From the IMG/VR virus record IMGVR_UViG_3300028394_000003, positions 1 to 63,708 of that record: 63,708 bases of DNA; one strand, written 5' to 3'. The first letter of the stretch is position 1; the number at the start of each line of letters is the position of its first letter. A program made the translations under genes and the position numbers. Below, in pieces: positions 43,201-53,600 of the stretch. The notes beneath the pieces are model-generated. The model saw only the letters and a program-made list of their open reading frames with translations. It ran no database searches and had not been told where the DNA came from. The stretch is from a virus (Duplodnaviria; Caudoviricetes).

Positions 43201-45118
43201 CATCGACTTTGAAACACGTAGTTTTGCCGACTTGGCAAAGGTCGGACTTGATAAGTACGCCAACTGCCTATCCACCCAAGTAATATGTATTGCGTTCGGT
43301 ACTACACCAAACAATGTAGAAGTTGTCGGTTCAGACAACCCCAATTTCTCAAATGTAAAACCGTTAGATAAGCTGTTGCATCACGTCCGCAACGACGGCA
43401 AAATCCAAGCATGGAATGCCTTGTTTGAATACGCGATCTGGAACTGTGTCTGTGTGCCAAAATACGGCTGGCCAGAATTAAAGCTGGAGCAGTGTATTGA
43501 CACCATGGGCATAGCAGCAGCTAACAACATCCCTCAGGCGCTTGGTGACGCCGCCTTGTTTATGGATGCAAACCAGAAAAAGGACATTCGCGGCAGGCAA
43601 CTAATCCAGAAGCTATGCAAGCCAAATAAGAAGGGCCAATTTGATAATGACTTTTTACTGATGGATGAGATGTTTGAATACTGTAAGCAGGACGTACGTG
43701 CTGAAATGGCTTTAGGAAGCATTTTAAAGCCCATTAGCGACCTCGAACAGGAGGTATGGGTACTCACCCAACGGATCAATTTAAGAGGCGTACCGGTCGA
43801 TCCTGTTGAGCTGCGTAACGCCGTTACGGCGGTAGAGACTACCCAGGCTGCCATTGACGCAGAATGTATGGCCATAACTGGCTGTAAGCCATCTGAGCGA
43901 GCTAAGCTGCTTGAATGGTTAAACAACCGTGGCGCCAAGCTGGACGATTTGACCGCAGATACCGTTTCAAAAATGCTGCAGTGCAACATTCATAAGAAAA
44001 TACGCCGTGTGCTAGAGCTACGCCAAGATGGCACACAGACCTCAACGGCGAAGTTTGCCAAAATGCAGGAGATACAACGAAATGGCAGAATCAGGAACAC
44101 GCTCATCTATCACGGGGCTTCTACTGGCCGTTGGGCATCTAGGGGTGGTCTCAATCTTCAAAATCTGGCTCGTCCTACACTCACGGATAATGAGGTTGAG
44201 ATGGCGCTACCAAGGGTATTTACAGAAGCGACTGGTTCAATGGACGAACTGTCCTCACTCGTCCGCGCTGCTATTAAGGCTCCCGAGCAACAAACCTTTG
44301 TGGATGTGGATTTTAGCTCAATTGAAAACCGAGTTGGCGTCTACTTGGCTGGCCAGAAAAATAAGATCGAGTTATTCCGTAGTGGTCTTGACGAGTATAA
44401 GACGTTTGCATCTGAGTCGCTATACAATATACCGTACGAGGCGGTCACTAAGGAACAGAGGCAGATAGCCAAGTCAGCCGTATTGGGCGCGATGTTTGGT
44501 CAGGGCGCCAAGGGGCTGGTGAAGTATGCTAGTGGGATGGGTGTCGAGATGGATGAAGCGCAGGCTGAGCTATCAGTCAGCAACTACCGTTCATCGTATG
44601 TGATGGTAAAAAATTTGTGGGAGATGTTTGACCTTGCTGCTAAAAACGCAATAAAGGACCCCGGCAAAGCTCAGATGGTTGGTAAAAAGATTTTGATGAA
44701 GGTCGCCAACGGCGTTCTTTGTATGCAGTTACCCAGTAAGCGTGTCATCCGCTGGCAGAGGCCAAAGTTCGAGTTGTTCGAGACACCGTGGGGTGACAAG
44801 AGAATGTGCGTCACTGTTTACAGTCAGAATACTTTCACTCGGCAGTGGAGTACAAACGCTTTGATCGGCAGCAGTATGTTTCAGTCCGCCGTTCAAGCGA
44901 CTGCTAGAGATTTTCTTGCCGTGGCTATGCTTAATCTTGAGAAGGCCGGTTACAACGTGGTCAATAGCGTGCATGATGAAGTTTTACTCCTTGTGGAAGA
45001 ACAAAACGGGGAGTCCGCACTGGCCGACGTAATCAAAATTATGACTACACCGCCGGAGTGGGCGCCCGATTTTCCTCTTGCTGCGGAGGGGTGGCATGGT
45101 AAACGCTACCGTAAGTAA
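43190..45118 (+). CDS. polA: DNA polymerase family A with 3'-5' exonuclease
   Basis: DFETRS, TGRWAS, motif A DFSSIENR, motif B RQIAKSAVLG, motif C VHDE. Confidence 0.92.
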   Translation: MIYSIDFETRSFADLAKVGLDKYANCLSTQVICIAFGTTPNNVEVVGSDNPNFSNVKPLDKLLHHVRNDGKIQAWNALFEYAIWNCVCVPKYGWPELKLEQCIDTMGIAAANNIPQALGDAALFMDANQKKDIRGRQLIQKLCKPNKKGQFDNDFLLMDEMFEYCKQDVRAEMALGSILKPISDLEQEVWVLTQRINLRGVPVDPVELRNAVTAVETTQAAIDAECMAITGCKPSERAKLLEWLNNRGAKLDDLTADTVSKMLQCNIHKKIRRVLELRQDGTQTSTAKFAKMQEIQRNGRIRNTLIYHGASTGRWASRGGLNLQNLARPTLTDNEVEMALPRVFTEATGSMDELSSLVRAAIKAPEQQTFVDVDFSSIENRVGVYLAGQKNKIELFRSGLDEYKTFASESLYNIPYEAVTKEQRQIAKSAVLGAMFGQGAKGLVKYASGMGVEMDEAQAELSVSNYRSSYVMVKNLWEMFDLAAKNAIKDPGKAQMVGKKILMKVANGVLCMQLPSKRVIRWQRPKFELFETPWGDKRMCVTVYSQNTFTRQWSTNALIGSSMFQSAVQATARDFLAVAMLNLEKAGYNVVNSVHDEVLLLVEEQNGESALADVIKIMTTPPEWAPDFPLAAEGWHGKRYRK

Positions 45119-46513
45119 TTACTTTGGTATTGAGTAGTAACGGTCACCCGCTTTCACAATCTTAGATCCGCGTTCTTCTTCAGCGGCCTCTGCTTTGTGA
45201 AATGTTGGGTGACTTTTTCCTTTTAGCACGACATAACTATCTTCTGGTAAACCATGAAGCATACGTTCGTCATCCGATGTTGGAGCTACAGAACCCCAAT
45301 GGCCAGCATTTTCGCCAGTTCCATTGGGTCCCATACCATAAGCTGTGGCTGTTTGATAGTCATAGTCCTTACCCCGTGGGTTAAATACCAAACCACCGTC
45401 TGCGTGACCAATATCTTCCAAGCTACGCAAATATTTATCAGTAACTTGCTGGCTTGGAGTGGTTCGAACTAAATCATAGTAGCCAGGTTCGCGCCCTTTG
45501 AACTCTTTAAATTGATTAATAAAATCTGGTATACCATGTTCTTTCGGCACTGGAGCAAAAGCTACGCCTTTATCTTCACCTTTTAAAATGTAAGGGAATG
45601 CTGAATGCAAATCTGGGCGATGTTCAATTTCATTATTTAAAGTAAACAAACGAGTCCCTAATGAATGTGTTGGAGCACCAACAGTCATAGGGTCTGTCAT
45701 CTCTTGCATAATTCCAGGGTAGTCAATAATACGGCCTTTAGTACCACCAACACCTTTACCACTCATTAATGTAGATAAAGCCCCACGACGATTAAATGTA
45801 TCGCCATATTGTGCTAAATGCTCTGGATTACCAATGTCAAAATTTTCTGGAAACAATCCTTTAGTTTCTTTTCCAGTGGCCAATGTAGAATTTATTTTTG
45901 CTTGTAATTCAGGAGTTAAATTTCCCAATCTTGATTGTCGATTAAATTCATTTGTTAACATATCATAAACGTGCTGATTAGAATGGTGCTGTGTTTCGCC
46001 ACCAATCATGGGAGTCCAAATTGCTTGATCACCAAACTTTTTATTAACGTTAACAATCCCACTTGCTGTAGGCTTTTTTCCTACTCCCCATGCTGCTTGA
46101 GCTGCGGCGTATTCTGGCTTTTCTAATTGAAATTTTGAAAAACCAGGGCCACCTAAATCGCCTTCAGTAGAACGCATTCTATCTGATTGAGTTACATTAA
46201 GCCATTTACCCTCATGCGGAGCAAGTGCTTCACTAGCTTTTAAAACGTTAGTTGCTTTTGGTACAAATTTACTAATAGATCCCATTAAACCTGGGACCAT
46301 ATCCATAGCTTCTCTAGCAGCAGATTCATTTGGGGTGTAAAGCCCTTTATCCTTTGAGTAACCAATTGCATTATCAGTTACCCAACGCTGGTGCTCTAAG
46401 TTAGCTTTAGTTTTTTCTGGCAGCTCAGCGATATAGTCGCGTGCCATTGTGGACAGGTTTGGACCCCGCACTGGCCCGACTTTATTGAAAGTGCCAGCTA
46501 TGCTGGCGGGAAC
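45119..46513 (-). CDS. C-terminal extension ORF reached by -1 frameshift from 46498..47712
   Basis: Frame is open from the slippery site at 46513 to the stop at 45119; weak independent start. Confidence 0.7.
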   Translation of the reverse strand, partial: VPASIAGTFNKVGPVRGPNLSTMARDYIAELPEKTKANLEHQRWVTDNAIGYSKDKGLYTPNESAAREAMDMVPGLMGSISKFVPKATNVLKASEALAPHEGKWLNVTQSDRMRSTEGDLGGPGFSKFQLEKPEYAAAQAAWGVGKKPTASGIVNVNKKFGDQAIWTPMIGGETQHHSNQHVYDMLTNEFNRQSRLGNLTPELQAKINSTLATGKETKGLFPENFDIGNPEHLAQYGDTFNRRGALSTLMSGKGVGGTKGRIIDYPGIMQEMTDPMTVGAPTHSLGTRLFTLNNEIEHRPDLHSAFPYILKGEDKGVAFAPVPKEHGIPDFINQFKEFKGREPGYYDLVRTTPSQQVTDKYLRSLEDIGHADGGLVFNPRGKDYDYQTATAYGMGPNGTGENAGHWGSVAPTSDDERMLHGLPEDSYVVLKGKSHPTFHKAEAAEEERGSKIVKAGDRYYSIPK

Positions 46514-47712
46514 TTTTTTGGTTCACCACCTTCCGCCATGTGCCCAGTCATGTCGACATGGCCGCCTTTGCATAAATACTCAAATTCATCTTTACTTAAA
46601 CCAGCTGGCAAAGTATAGATCGTATGTAGTTTACGCTTAGGTTCTGGCTTGGGTTGAGGCGCAACATTACCACCTTTTCTATAGTTCAAGTGGTGTTGCA
46701 TAATTTCTTTAGCCATTTCGGGCATACTGATACTTCCGCCGTTAGCGCGTTTCTGTGGATATAATCTAGTTCCTTCTAATACACTTTGACCAGGTAAAAG
46801 ATCACGTTTTGGATTTAATGTAGCGTCACCTAGTTGTGATGGAGATAATGCCATACCAATAGGGCCCATAAAACCAGTTGCTAAATCAAATGCAGTGCCT
46901 GGCAAATCTGCAGCTGTTGCAGAACCTATCATTTGAGCACCCACTGGAGCCAATCCCAATCCAGTTGCAATTGCACGAACTTTTTTAGGCAAGAAGGGTG
47001 CAGCACCTGCTAAAACACCAGCTCCAATACTTCCAGTACCGGCGGCAACATCCCCAACTCCTTCTCCATTTGTTATTTGTTGTAGTCCACTACCAATATC
47101 ATATCCAGCTAATGCACTACGCAACGGTAATCCAGTGTGTTTCTTTAAATGGTAGCTCGGTGTTTTAACATAATCTTTTGGATCATATAATCCGGGTTTG
47201 GCAGGTGACCCCGGCGTTTTTTCTACATGACTCAATACTGTCTTTCCAGTTGCTGGATCTACTTTGTAAATTTCTTTAAAAGCATCTGGAGTAGCCTCTG
47301 CAGCACTAATTTTTTTTATTGCTTCCCAAGCCTGCTGTGAATTTTCTACAGGTATGTTACTTAATCTTGATAGCTCTTTAGCTGGCATATCAAATTTAGC
47401 GCCCAGCTGACTATTGATGTAGTTTTGAACACCCGGATGTGCTGATTTACTATCCAAAACATCATATAACATTTTTGTTTTTTGACCAGTGATTGCAGCA
47501 CCTGCAGCACCACCCCCAACAATTAATCCAGCTTGATTGGTTGTGTACGGTGACTTTTCTCTTTTATATTCTGGGCGTTCATTTGAAATTAATTTTTCTG
47601 GAACTTCAGTACCCGACAACGCACTAGGAGTAACTGTCGTTGGAACAGCTTGTTCTGAAGGCTTATGAGTTTGAAGTTCTGACGGAACTTCTTCGTATTG
47701 TTTATCTGACAT
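46498..47712 (-). CDS. Putative internal virion/ejection protein
   Basis: Hydrophobic Gly/Ala segments, four xxGG motifs, ends just after a slippery site. Confidence 0.7.
   Translation of the reverse strand: MSDKQYEEVPSELQTHKPSEQAVPTTVTPSALSGTEVPEKLISNERPEYKREKSPYTTNQAGLIVGGGAAGAAITGQKTKMLYDVLDSKSAHPGVQNYINSQLGAKFDMPAKELSRLSNIPVENSQQAWEAIKKISAAEATPDAFKEIYKVDPATGKTVLSHVEKTPGSPAKPGLYDPKDYVKTPSYHLKKHTGLPLRSALAGYDIGSGLQQITNGEGVGDVAAGTGSIGAGVLAGAAPFLPKKVRAIATGLGLAPVGAQMIGSATAADLPGTAFDLATGFMGPIGMALSPSQLGDATLNPKRDLLPGQSVLEGTRLYPQKRANGGSISMPEMAKEIMQHHLNYRKGGNVAPQPKPEPKRKLHTIYTLPAGLSKDEFEYLCKGGHVDMTGHMAEGGEPKKFPPA
46513..46519 (-). other. Programmed -1 frameshift site A_AAA_AAG
   Basis: In-frame CCA AAA AAG TTC; 3' stem-loops; upstream GGAAGG/GGTGG. 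Confidence 0.75.
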
Positions 47713-49760
47713 TATAAATAAATAGATTTTCCGTTAACAATAATATATGGCTTTTTATTTGCATCTTTTTTAACAAAATCAGCCTCCGGTACATCAATAA
47801 ACTTTTTACCCACATCTTTAGCAGCGTCTACTTTTGAACCAAATTCATAGTAAGGAGTTTGTTCAAATTGAGCTGCAGTACCATTGGGATTTTGTCTTGA
47901 CCATTTATCAAATTCTAATCCCCGGTAGTAGGCTGTGCGAATATCTTGCATATTTTTAGCCAAATTTTGCATATGTGAAGAATACGTTGTAGCAATACCC
48001 ACACCTTTAGCTGGTTCACCTAATGCTAAGTCAGCGTTGGTAAGTCGTCCGCCAGCGCCTTGAACTAAGTTTTTAGCCCAAGCTGCTTGCGCAACAGCGG
48101 CACCTTGCTCAATATTTTTAAAATCGGTATAAGAAGGATCAGATAAATATGTACGTGCTAAAGTATGGTTTTCTGTTTTATCGCCTTCCGCTTTAGGAGT
48201 AATTTTAGCACCTAAAACACCAACCCAATCTCTACCACTCAGATTAAATACATTCTTTTTGTCTTTTGAAGTTTTTAATAATCGGTCATATTCATCATAC
48301 GTTTTTGAAGTTGTTCCAATACTTTGTAAGTATTCGTTTTTCATATCAGCGTCTTTTTTAGCTAATTCAGTTGACGCCGTTCCAAGACCTTGAGCTTTTT
48401 GAGTTTGTCTTGCTTTCCAAGCATCCATAGCAGCAACATAGGCATCTTTGTTAAGACCATAGTTTTTAGCTTGTGGCATTGGTTCCATGGCTTGAGCAGA
48501 CTGAACCGCAGATGGCCCTTGAGCAGCAGGAGCTTGAGCAACAGGAGCTTGAGCAACAGGAGCTTGAGCAACAGGAGCTTGGGCAACAGTGACAGGGGCT
48601 TGACTAGTTGAAACTGGCAAACCACCAGATACAACGGGAGCTTTAACTTGAGGAAGCCCACCAACTGGTGCAACCGGAGCTTGTTCTACTTGAGCTGGTT
48701 TATTTACTAACTCCCAATGATTAGGATCTCTAGCAACAGTTTGCTTAAATCCCGCATCAATCAGTTGTTGACGTTGTGCAGGGTTAATTGGGCCAGCGTC
48801 AATTGCATAACCTGTTTGGTGTTTGCTTGTCCCTGGGAATGCTACAGGAGGACCCGAGTAATTTGGTTGTTTGCTGTTTAAATAGAGGTTGTATTGTTTA
48901 TCCCAATCACGATCACCGCTAATAAGCGGAATGTTTAATGCAGCTGCAATTTGAGCTGCGTTCCCACGTTCTCCAGTGGTTGTGGGCGCACTTAAAGACG
49001 AAGTTGGAACATTACCTTGTAGTGGTCCAGCAGCGCCAGTTTTAGTGCCCCCAAGTTCTTTATATGTGGCAATTTCAATTTCTCGTTTTAAATCTGGATC
49101 CATGTTCATCCATTGATTAGGCGTAATTGAAACAGGGCCTTTGGTTGGATGCATATAAGTCTTTGCGGTATTGGCTTCCGCGTCGTATTGAGCTTTAGAA
49201 GAACCAATAATTTGTTGCTCGTTATATTTGTCCATTAATGCCCGTTGAGCGCCAATGTTATTATCTAGATGGGTACCCATTGCATTTAAAACTTGTTGCT
49301 GTGCCGGAGTAACACCACCAACACCACTGACAATACCATTTTTAAAGCGAGCAATATTTGCCGCTTCAGCTGCAGCTTGTTGTTGTGCAATTTTAATTGC
49401 AGTTTGCTGTTGGGCAATATCGTATAAAGCCTTACGGTCAGTATTAGCTGCTTCTTCGCGCAATGCAAACGCTGGAGATTTATTATATTGGGTCCAAGCC
49501 TGAGCGTCTTTCATTCCCTCGTTAAACATACGTAAAGGATTGTTAATTTTATTAGCTAAATTTTGCATATTTTGCAAAACATTAGTTTCAGTTTCTTTAT
49601 CCATTAAGTAATTAGGATTAGCTTTTGTATAATCAAGCGCACCCTTAGATTGCTTTGTATTGGCGTACTGTACGGGCAAACCTGGAGTTAATCCGCTTTG
49701 AATTAAATCTGTGTTTTGGTCCGCTAATGATGATGTGCCTGCGTCGTTTGGACTTGACAT
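47712..49760 (-). CDS. Ejection protein with M15-like peptidoglycan peptidase domain
   Basis: ISGDR...Q, PGTSKHQTGYAID (SxHxxGxAxD), DPNHWEL. Confidence 0.7.
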   Translation of the reverse strand: MSSPNDAGTSSLADQNTDLIQSGLTPGLPVQYANTKQSKGALDYTKANPNYLMDKETETNVLQNMQNLANKINNPLRMFNEGMKDAQAWTQYNKSPAFALREEAANTDRKALYDIAQQQTAIKIAQQQAAAEAANIARFKNGIVSGVGGVTPAQQQVLNAMGTHLDNNIGAQRALMDKYNEQQIIGSSKAQYDAEANTAKTYMHPTKGPVSITPNQWMNMDPDLKREIEIATYKELGGTKTGAAGPLQGNVPTSSLSAPTTTGERGNAAQIAAALNIPLISGDRDWDKQYNLYLNSKQPNYSGPPVAFPGTSKHQTGYAIDAGPINPAQRQQLIDAGFKQTVARDPNHWELVNKPAQVEQAPVAPVGGLPQVKAPVVSGGLPVSTSQAPVTVAQAPVAQAPVAQAPVAQAPAAQGPSAVQSAQAMEPMPQAKNYGLNKDAYVAAMDAWKARQTQKAQGLGTASTELAKKDADMKNEYLQSIGTTSKTYDEYDRLLKTSKDKKNVFNLSGRDWVGVLGAKITPKAEGDKTENHTLARTYLSDPSYTDFKNIEQGAAVAQAAWAKNLVQGAGGRLTNADLALGEPAKGVGIATTYSSHMQNLAKNMQDIRTAYYRGLEFDKWSRQNPNGTAAQFEQTPYYEFGSKVDAAKDVGKKFIDVPEADFVKKDANKKPYIIVNGKSIYL
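48516..48600 (-). repeat. 15-bp tandem repeat encoding an (APVAQ)n linker
   Basis: acaggagcttgagca units. Confidence 0.8.
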
Positions 49761-49769
49761 AATTATTCC

Positions 49770-50654
49770 TTAATCGTTTCCGTAGTAATACTGACTTGAA
49801 CCATCTTCGCTAGGTGCCGTTACCTCTTCGTACGGAGAGGCTGGGCTTGGCATGTCGCTGTTAGTTGGTATTCTGTTAAACAAGTCCATTAATTTAGGAC
49901 CAACTTGTGTTAAATTACCAAGTCCTAAACTATTTAATACACTAGTGCCTAGTCCAGCTACTGCACCAATTTGACTAAACGGAGACATTTGATTTTGCTG
50001 TGCTACGAGACCTGGAACACTAACGTCATTAACTAAGTTTGCGTAACTTCCAAGGTTCTGGAATGGAGCGTTCATTTGAGTATTACCAGCTGTCATTTCG
50101 GTGCCCAGTTGTTGGTTAAGTACGTTACCCAATCCAGTGCCCGCCTGTACGCCAGTGGTTTGATTCTGTAGCGCAGACTGCATTTGCTGAGCCGATAAGT
50201 TAGCGAATGCGTCAGCTTTAGCTTTATTAAGCGCAGTTTCTCCGCGCAAACTGCCAAATTGACCAGACGCAATATTAGCACCTTGAACCGGGGCTGTATA
50301 ATTTGGCATCAATTGGTTTAGCTGTTGGTTTTGTGCTTGAAACAATCCGCCCATTGCCGTGTTGGTATTTGGGGTTACTTGGCCGTTGGCTCCAGTAATC
50401 CAAGGATTAGCCGCACCCTGAGCAATTTGACCTAACGCGCCTTGGGCTTGGTTAAATGAATTATTAGGGTTTTGCAAAGTATTAATAGCCTGCTGACCCA
50501 CCGTATTTTGAAAAGTTGGCGCATCGGCAAGTGCCTGATGTGCTCCACTTACAATACCTTTTTGCGCGTCAGTATACCACGCTGGTAATGTAGTTTCTTT
50601 TACGTATGTATCGGTTAAAAAGTTATTTAAACCAGTTGATCCTGTTGTTGCCAT
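49770..50654 (-). CDS. DNA transfer/pilot-like internal virion protein
   Basis: Q/N/A/G-rich; GQFGSLR; C-terminal amphipathic GAVAGLG. Confidence 0.65.
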   Translation of the reverse strand: MATTGSTGLNNFLTDTYVKETTLPAWYTDAQKGIVSGAHQALADAPTFQNTVGQQAINTLQNPNNSFNQAQGALGQIAQGAANPWITGANGQVTPNTNTAMGGLFQAQNQQLNQLMPNYTAPVQGANIASGQFGSLRGETALNKAKADAFANLSAQQMQSALQNQTTGVQAGTGLGNVLNQQLGTEMTAGNTQMNAPFQNLGSYANLVNDVSVPGLVAQQNQMSPFSQIGAVAGLGTSVLNSLGLGNLTQVGPKLMDLFNRIPTNSDMPSPASPYEEVTAPSEDGSSQYYYGND

Positions 50655-53600
50655 TATGCTCTCACTTTACGTTTTGCTTCTAATAAGTAACCTAGCGCAC
50701 CCTTACTATCTGGTGGCAGTCCATTTTTATTTGCACGGGTCTTGTGCGATCTAATTGTCTTTAAAAATTCGTCAAGTATAGATGCACCGCTGTCATTACT
50801 TCCATTGCCTAAAGATGATACCACATCGGCAGGTATTACAAACTCGCCGTTTGCTAACATTGCTGGAATGCTATCACTAGTTCCGTCACCGTCACCTTGA
50901 ACGTAACGATTTTCCATGGCGTTTAAACCACCTTCACTAAAGAACTGTGGGTTGTGGTTTATAACTTCTCCGCCAGTACTTAGCGCTGGTGCGTTAGCCA
51001 TTGTATTTAATCCAACAAAAGGCTTATGAAATGAAAATTGCTTACCCTTCATTTTGGTTTCAGCAAAAGACGGATCAAACGCAGGATTTGTATCTTGAGC
51101 ACCACCAACTGCCATGTGAACAACACCACCCTGAGCAGCGGCTAAAATTTGCTTTAGTACTGCATCTGGATTATATATAGGCTGTGCGTATGTATACTGT
51201 TGCAAGTCATACTTCCCTGGTAAGGCAGGATCTGTGGCCTTACCTTTAATAAAATTAGAAACCGGAGAGTATGAAGCGTCACCTGGGCCGACACTCATAT
51301 TTGAACCTGAGCTGGCACCTGCAGTGTTTGAACTAGAAGGATTCCCACCAGTTGCTAACCGCATTAGGCCACCTTCTTTAGCGGCTTTTAGTTGCTGTTC
51401 TAAATCCATTGGTAAAAACGGAGGGCTTATATAATTTTCCATAGGTATCACATTACTTGGTTTAGTTGAATCAATAACACGCATTAATTTGTCTAAAGGC
51501 AGTGCGTGCTTTCTACCTTTTGTAAAGTCTGCTATTAAATCCGGGGGAACTCGTTTTTTAAACTTACCCTTATCCACTGGTTTCTTCTTTATCGGTGGAA
51601 CTAATGTTGGTACGTTTGTCTTTGGCCCTTTTGACGGTTTTGTCGGGTCTTCCGGTGTAACTATAACAGGTGGGCTTATTGGTTCTATACTCGGTGGAAC
51701 TAGTTCTAACGGCGGTTTAACTTTCGATGGCGGATTAATTGATGTAATAACCGACGTCGGTGTTAGCGGGTCCAACACAGCAATATCCACTGGCACAGGT
51801 GTTGGGCTTACTGGCTCTAATTGTGTTAAGGTTTGTGTCTGAGGCTGTATTTTAGTTAAATCTTTTAATGCAATATCCGTTTTCGTTGGATTTTCTGTTG
51901 CAAGTTGTGTTGCAGTCTGCGTTTGCGGCGCTGTTATAGTACTTGTCAATGACCGTGGATCGGTAATTGTTTTTAAATTTGCGTCTGTATCTGTTACGGT
52001 CTGTGTAACCGGTTTTCCGTAAATCAATTCTCCGCGAGTCTTTGTTGCTGTATCTGTATCCGTCTGCGTATCTGTCTGTGTATTAGTTTCTGGTGCTGTT
52101 AAATCCGTACCAAAAAGAGTATTTTTGTTAAATAGTCTGTTAATGTCTGGTTTTTCAGCAAATGGCAATCCCTCAGTTTTTTGTGTTTCTGTGCTTCTTT
52201 GCATTTGAGGCACTAAATCATCATCACCCAATTTAAGACCAACCAAGTCGTTTAACGTTTTTTTAATATCTTCTATTAAAACTTGGTTGTGCTGTATGTC
52301 GTTTTTATTGCTAGTGGGAGTTTCACCAGAAGATTTAACAGAAGTAATATTACTTCCAAAATGAACAAATGGATTACCCCTTGCTTCACTGTCTGAATTT
52401 AATATTTCTACAGGAACCATACCTACTTTTGGAGTTGTTTCGTATGACGCTGTTCCTAATTTAGTTCCCGCTTTTAATGGGCCATAATCTTTTGTTAATT
52501 CAACCGATGTTTTTCCAGTGGAATTTCCTTCTGAGTCTACTTCAAACGTAAATTTTACGCCCATATCTGGGTTTTGAAAATACCCCCCAACGTTATTAAC
52601 AGTCGTCGGATCCATGAAAACAGTTTTTGAAGACCTCGGCTGAGTTTCTTGCCCAGTACCCGGCATATTGGAAGGTTCTCTAAATCCTACTGTAGTTCCG
52701 TCTGAATACTGTGAGTATGTAGACCCACGTGATGTTTCAAACTGGTAAGTTGCACTACTTGAAGTTTCAATTACTGGGGTGTGTGTTGCCAAAGCTCCAA
52801 ACACGCCAGAAATAGTAATATCATTTCCAGCGGCGTCAGTTCCCAATACTTTATTAGGATCTAACTTTCCTGCTTCCGTAGTGATGTTGTTATTAATTTG
52901 AGTTACCAACTCAGATCCAATAGTTTTAATCGCCATTGAATTTGCCTGGTCTGCAGGAATACCAGTTTGTTGCAACGTCTGCGAAATTGTATCTATTGTA
53001 TTTTGAACATTAACCATCTGTTCAGCAGAAGGTGCTGGTAATAATCTCTGCGGCCCTTCTAATAACTTAGGCGCTTCCCAAGAAAACTGGCTTTCAGTTT
53101 TCGGTGGTGCTAACTTTAAAAATTGATTTGTGTCTACTTCAGCTTTTGAATTTGCAAAACTTGCAATAACAAGTTGGTTAACTGCTGAAACAGCGCTAAT
53201 TGGTGCATCCATGGCGGCATTAGTATTCATCTTATTAAGATTAAAACTAAAATTAGCCATTGAATCTTTTGGATCGCCAGCAACCACAGCAATATCGCGT
53301 ACTCCGGTATTTAGGAAAGAACGGGTCCAAGCCCCAACATACGCAGCTGTGGCAAGTCCTGCCATTCCTTTTGTAGTGAACTCTACAATATCTCCAGAAA
53401 GTTGACGCATGATAGCTGCATCAACATGGCCCATGGTTGCTAAAGTTATGAAACCCTGTGCTATGCCACTGGCTACTGCAGGCGCAACTGCGTCTTCGTG
53501 ACTCACCTTTTTAGCTCGTAAATCGTCGTAGGATATTCCCAAACCACCAAGCGTGGCATCTAAAGTATCAAGTGCCAACTCTGTACCGATTGCAATTCTT

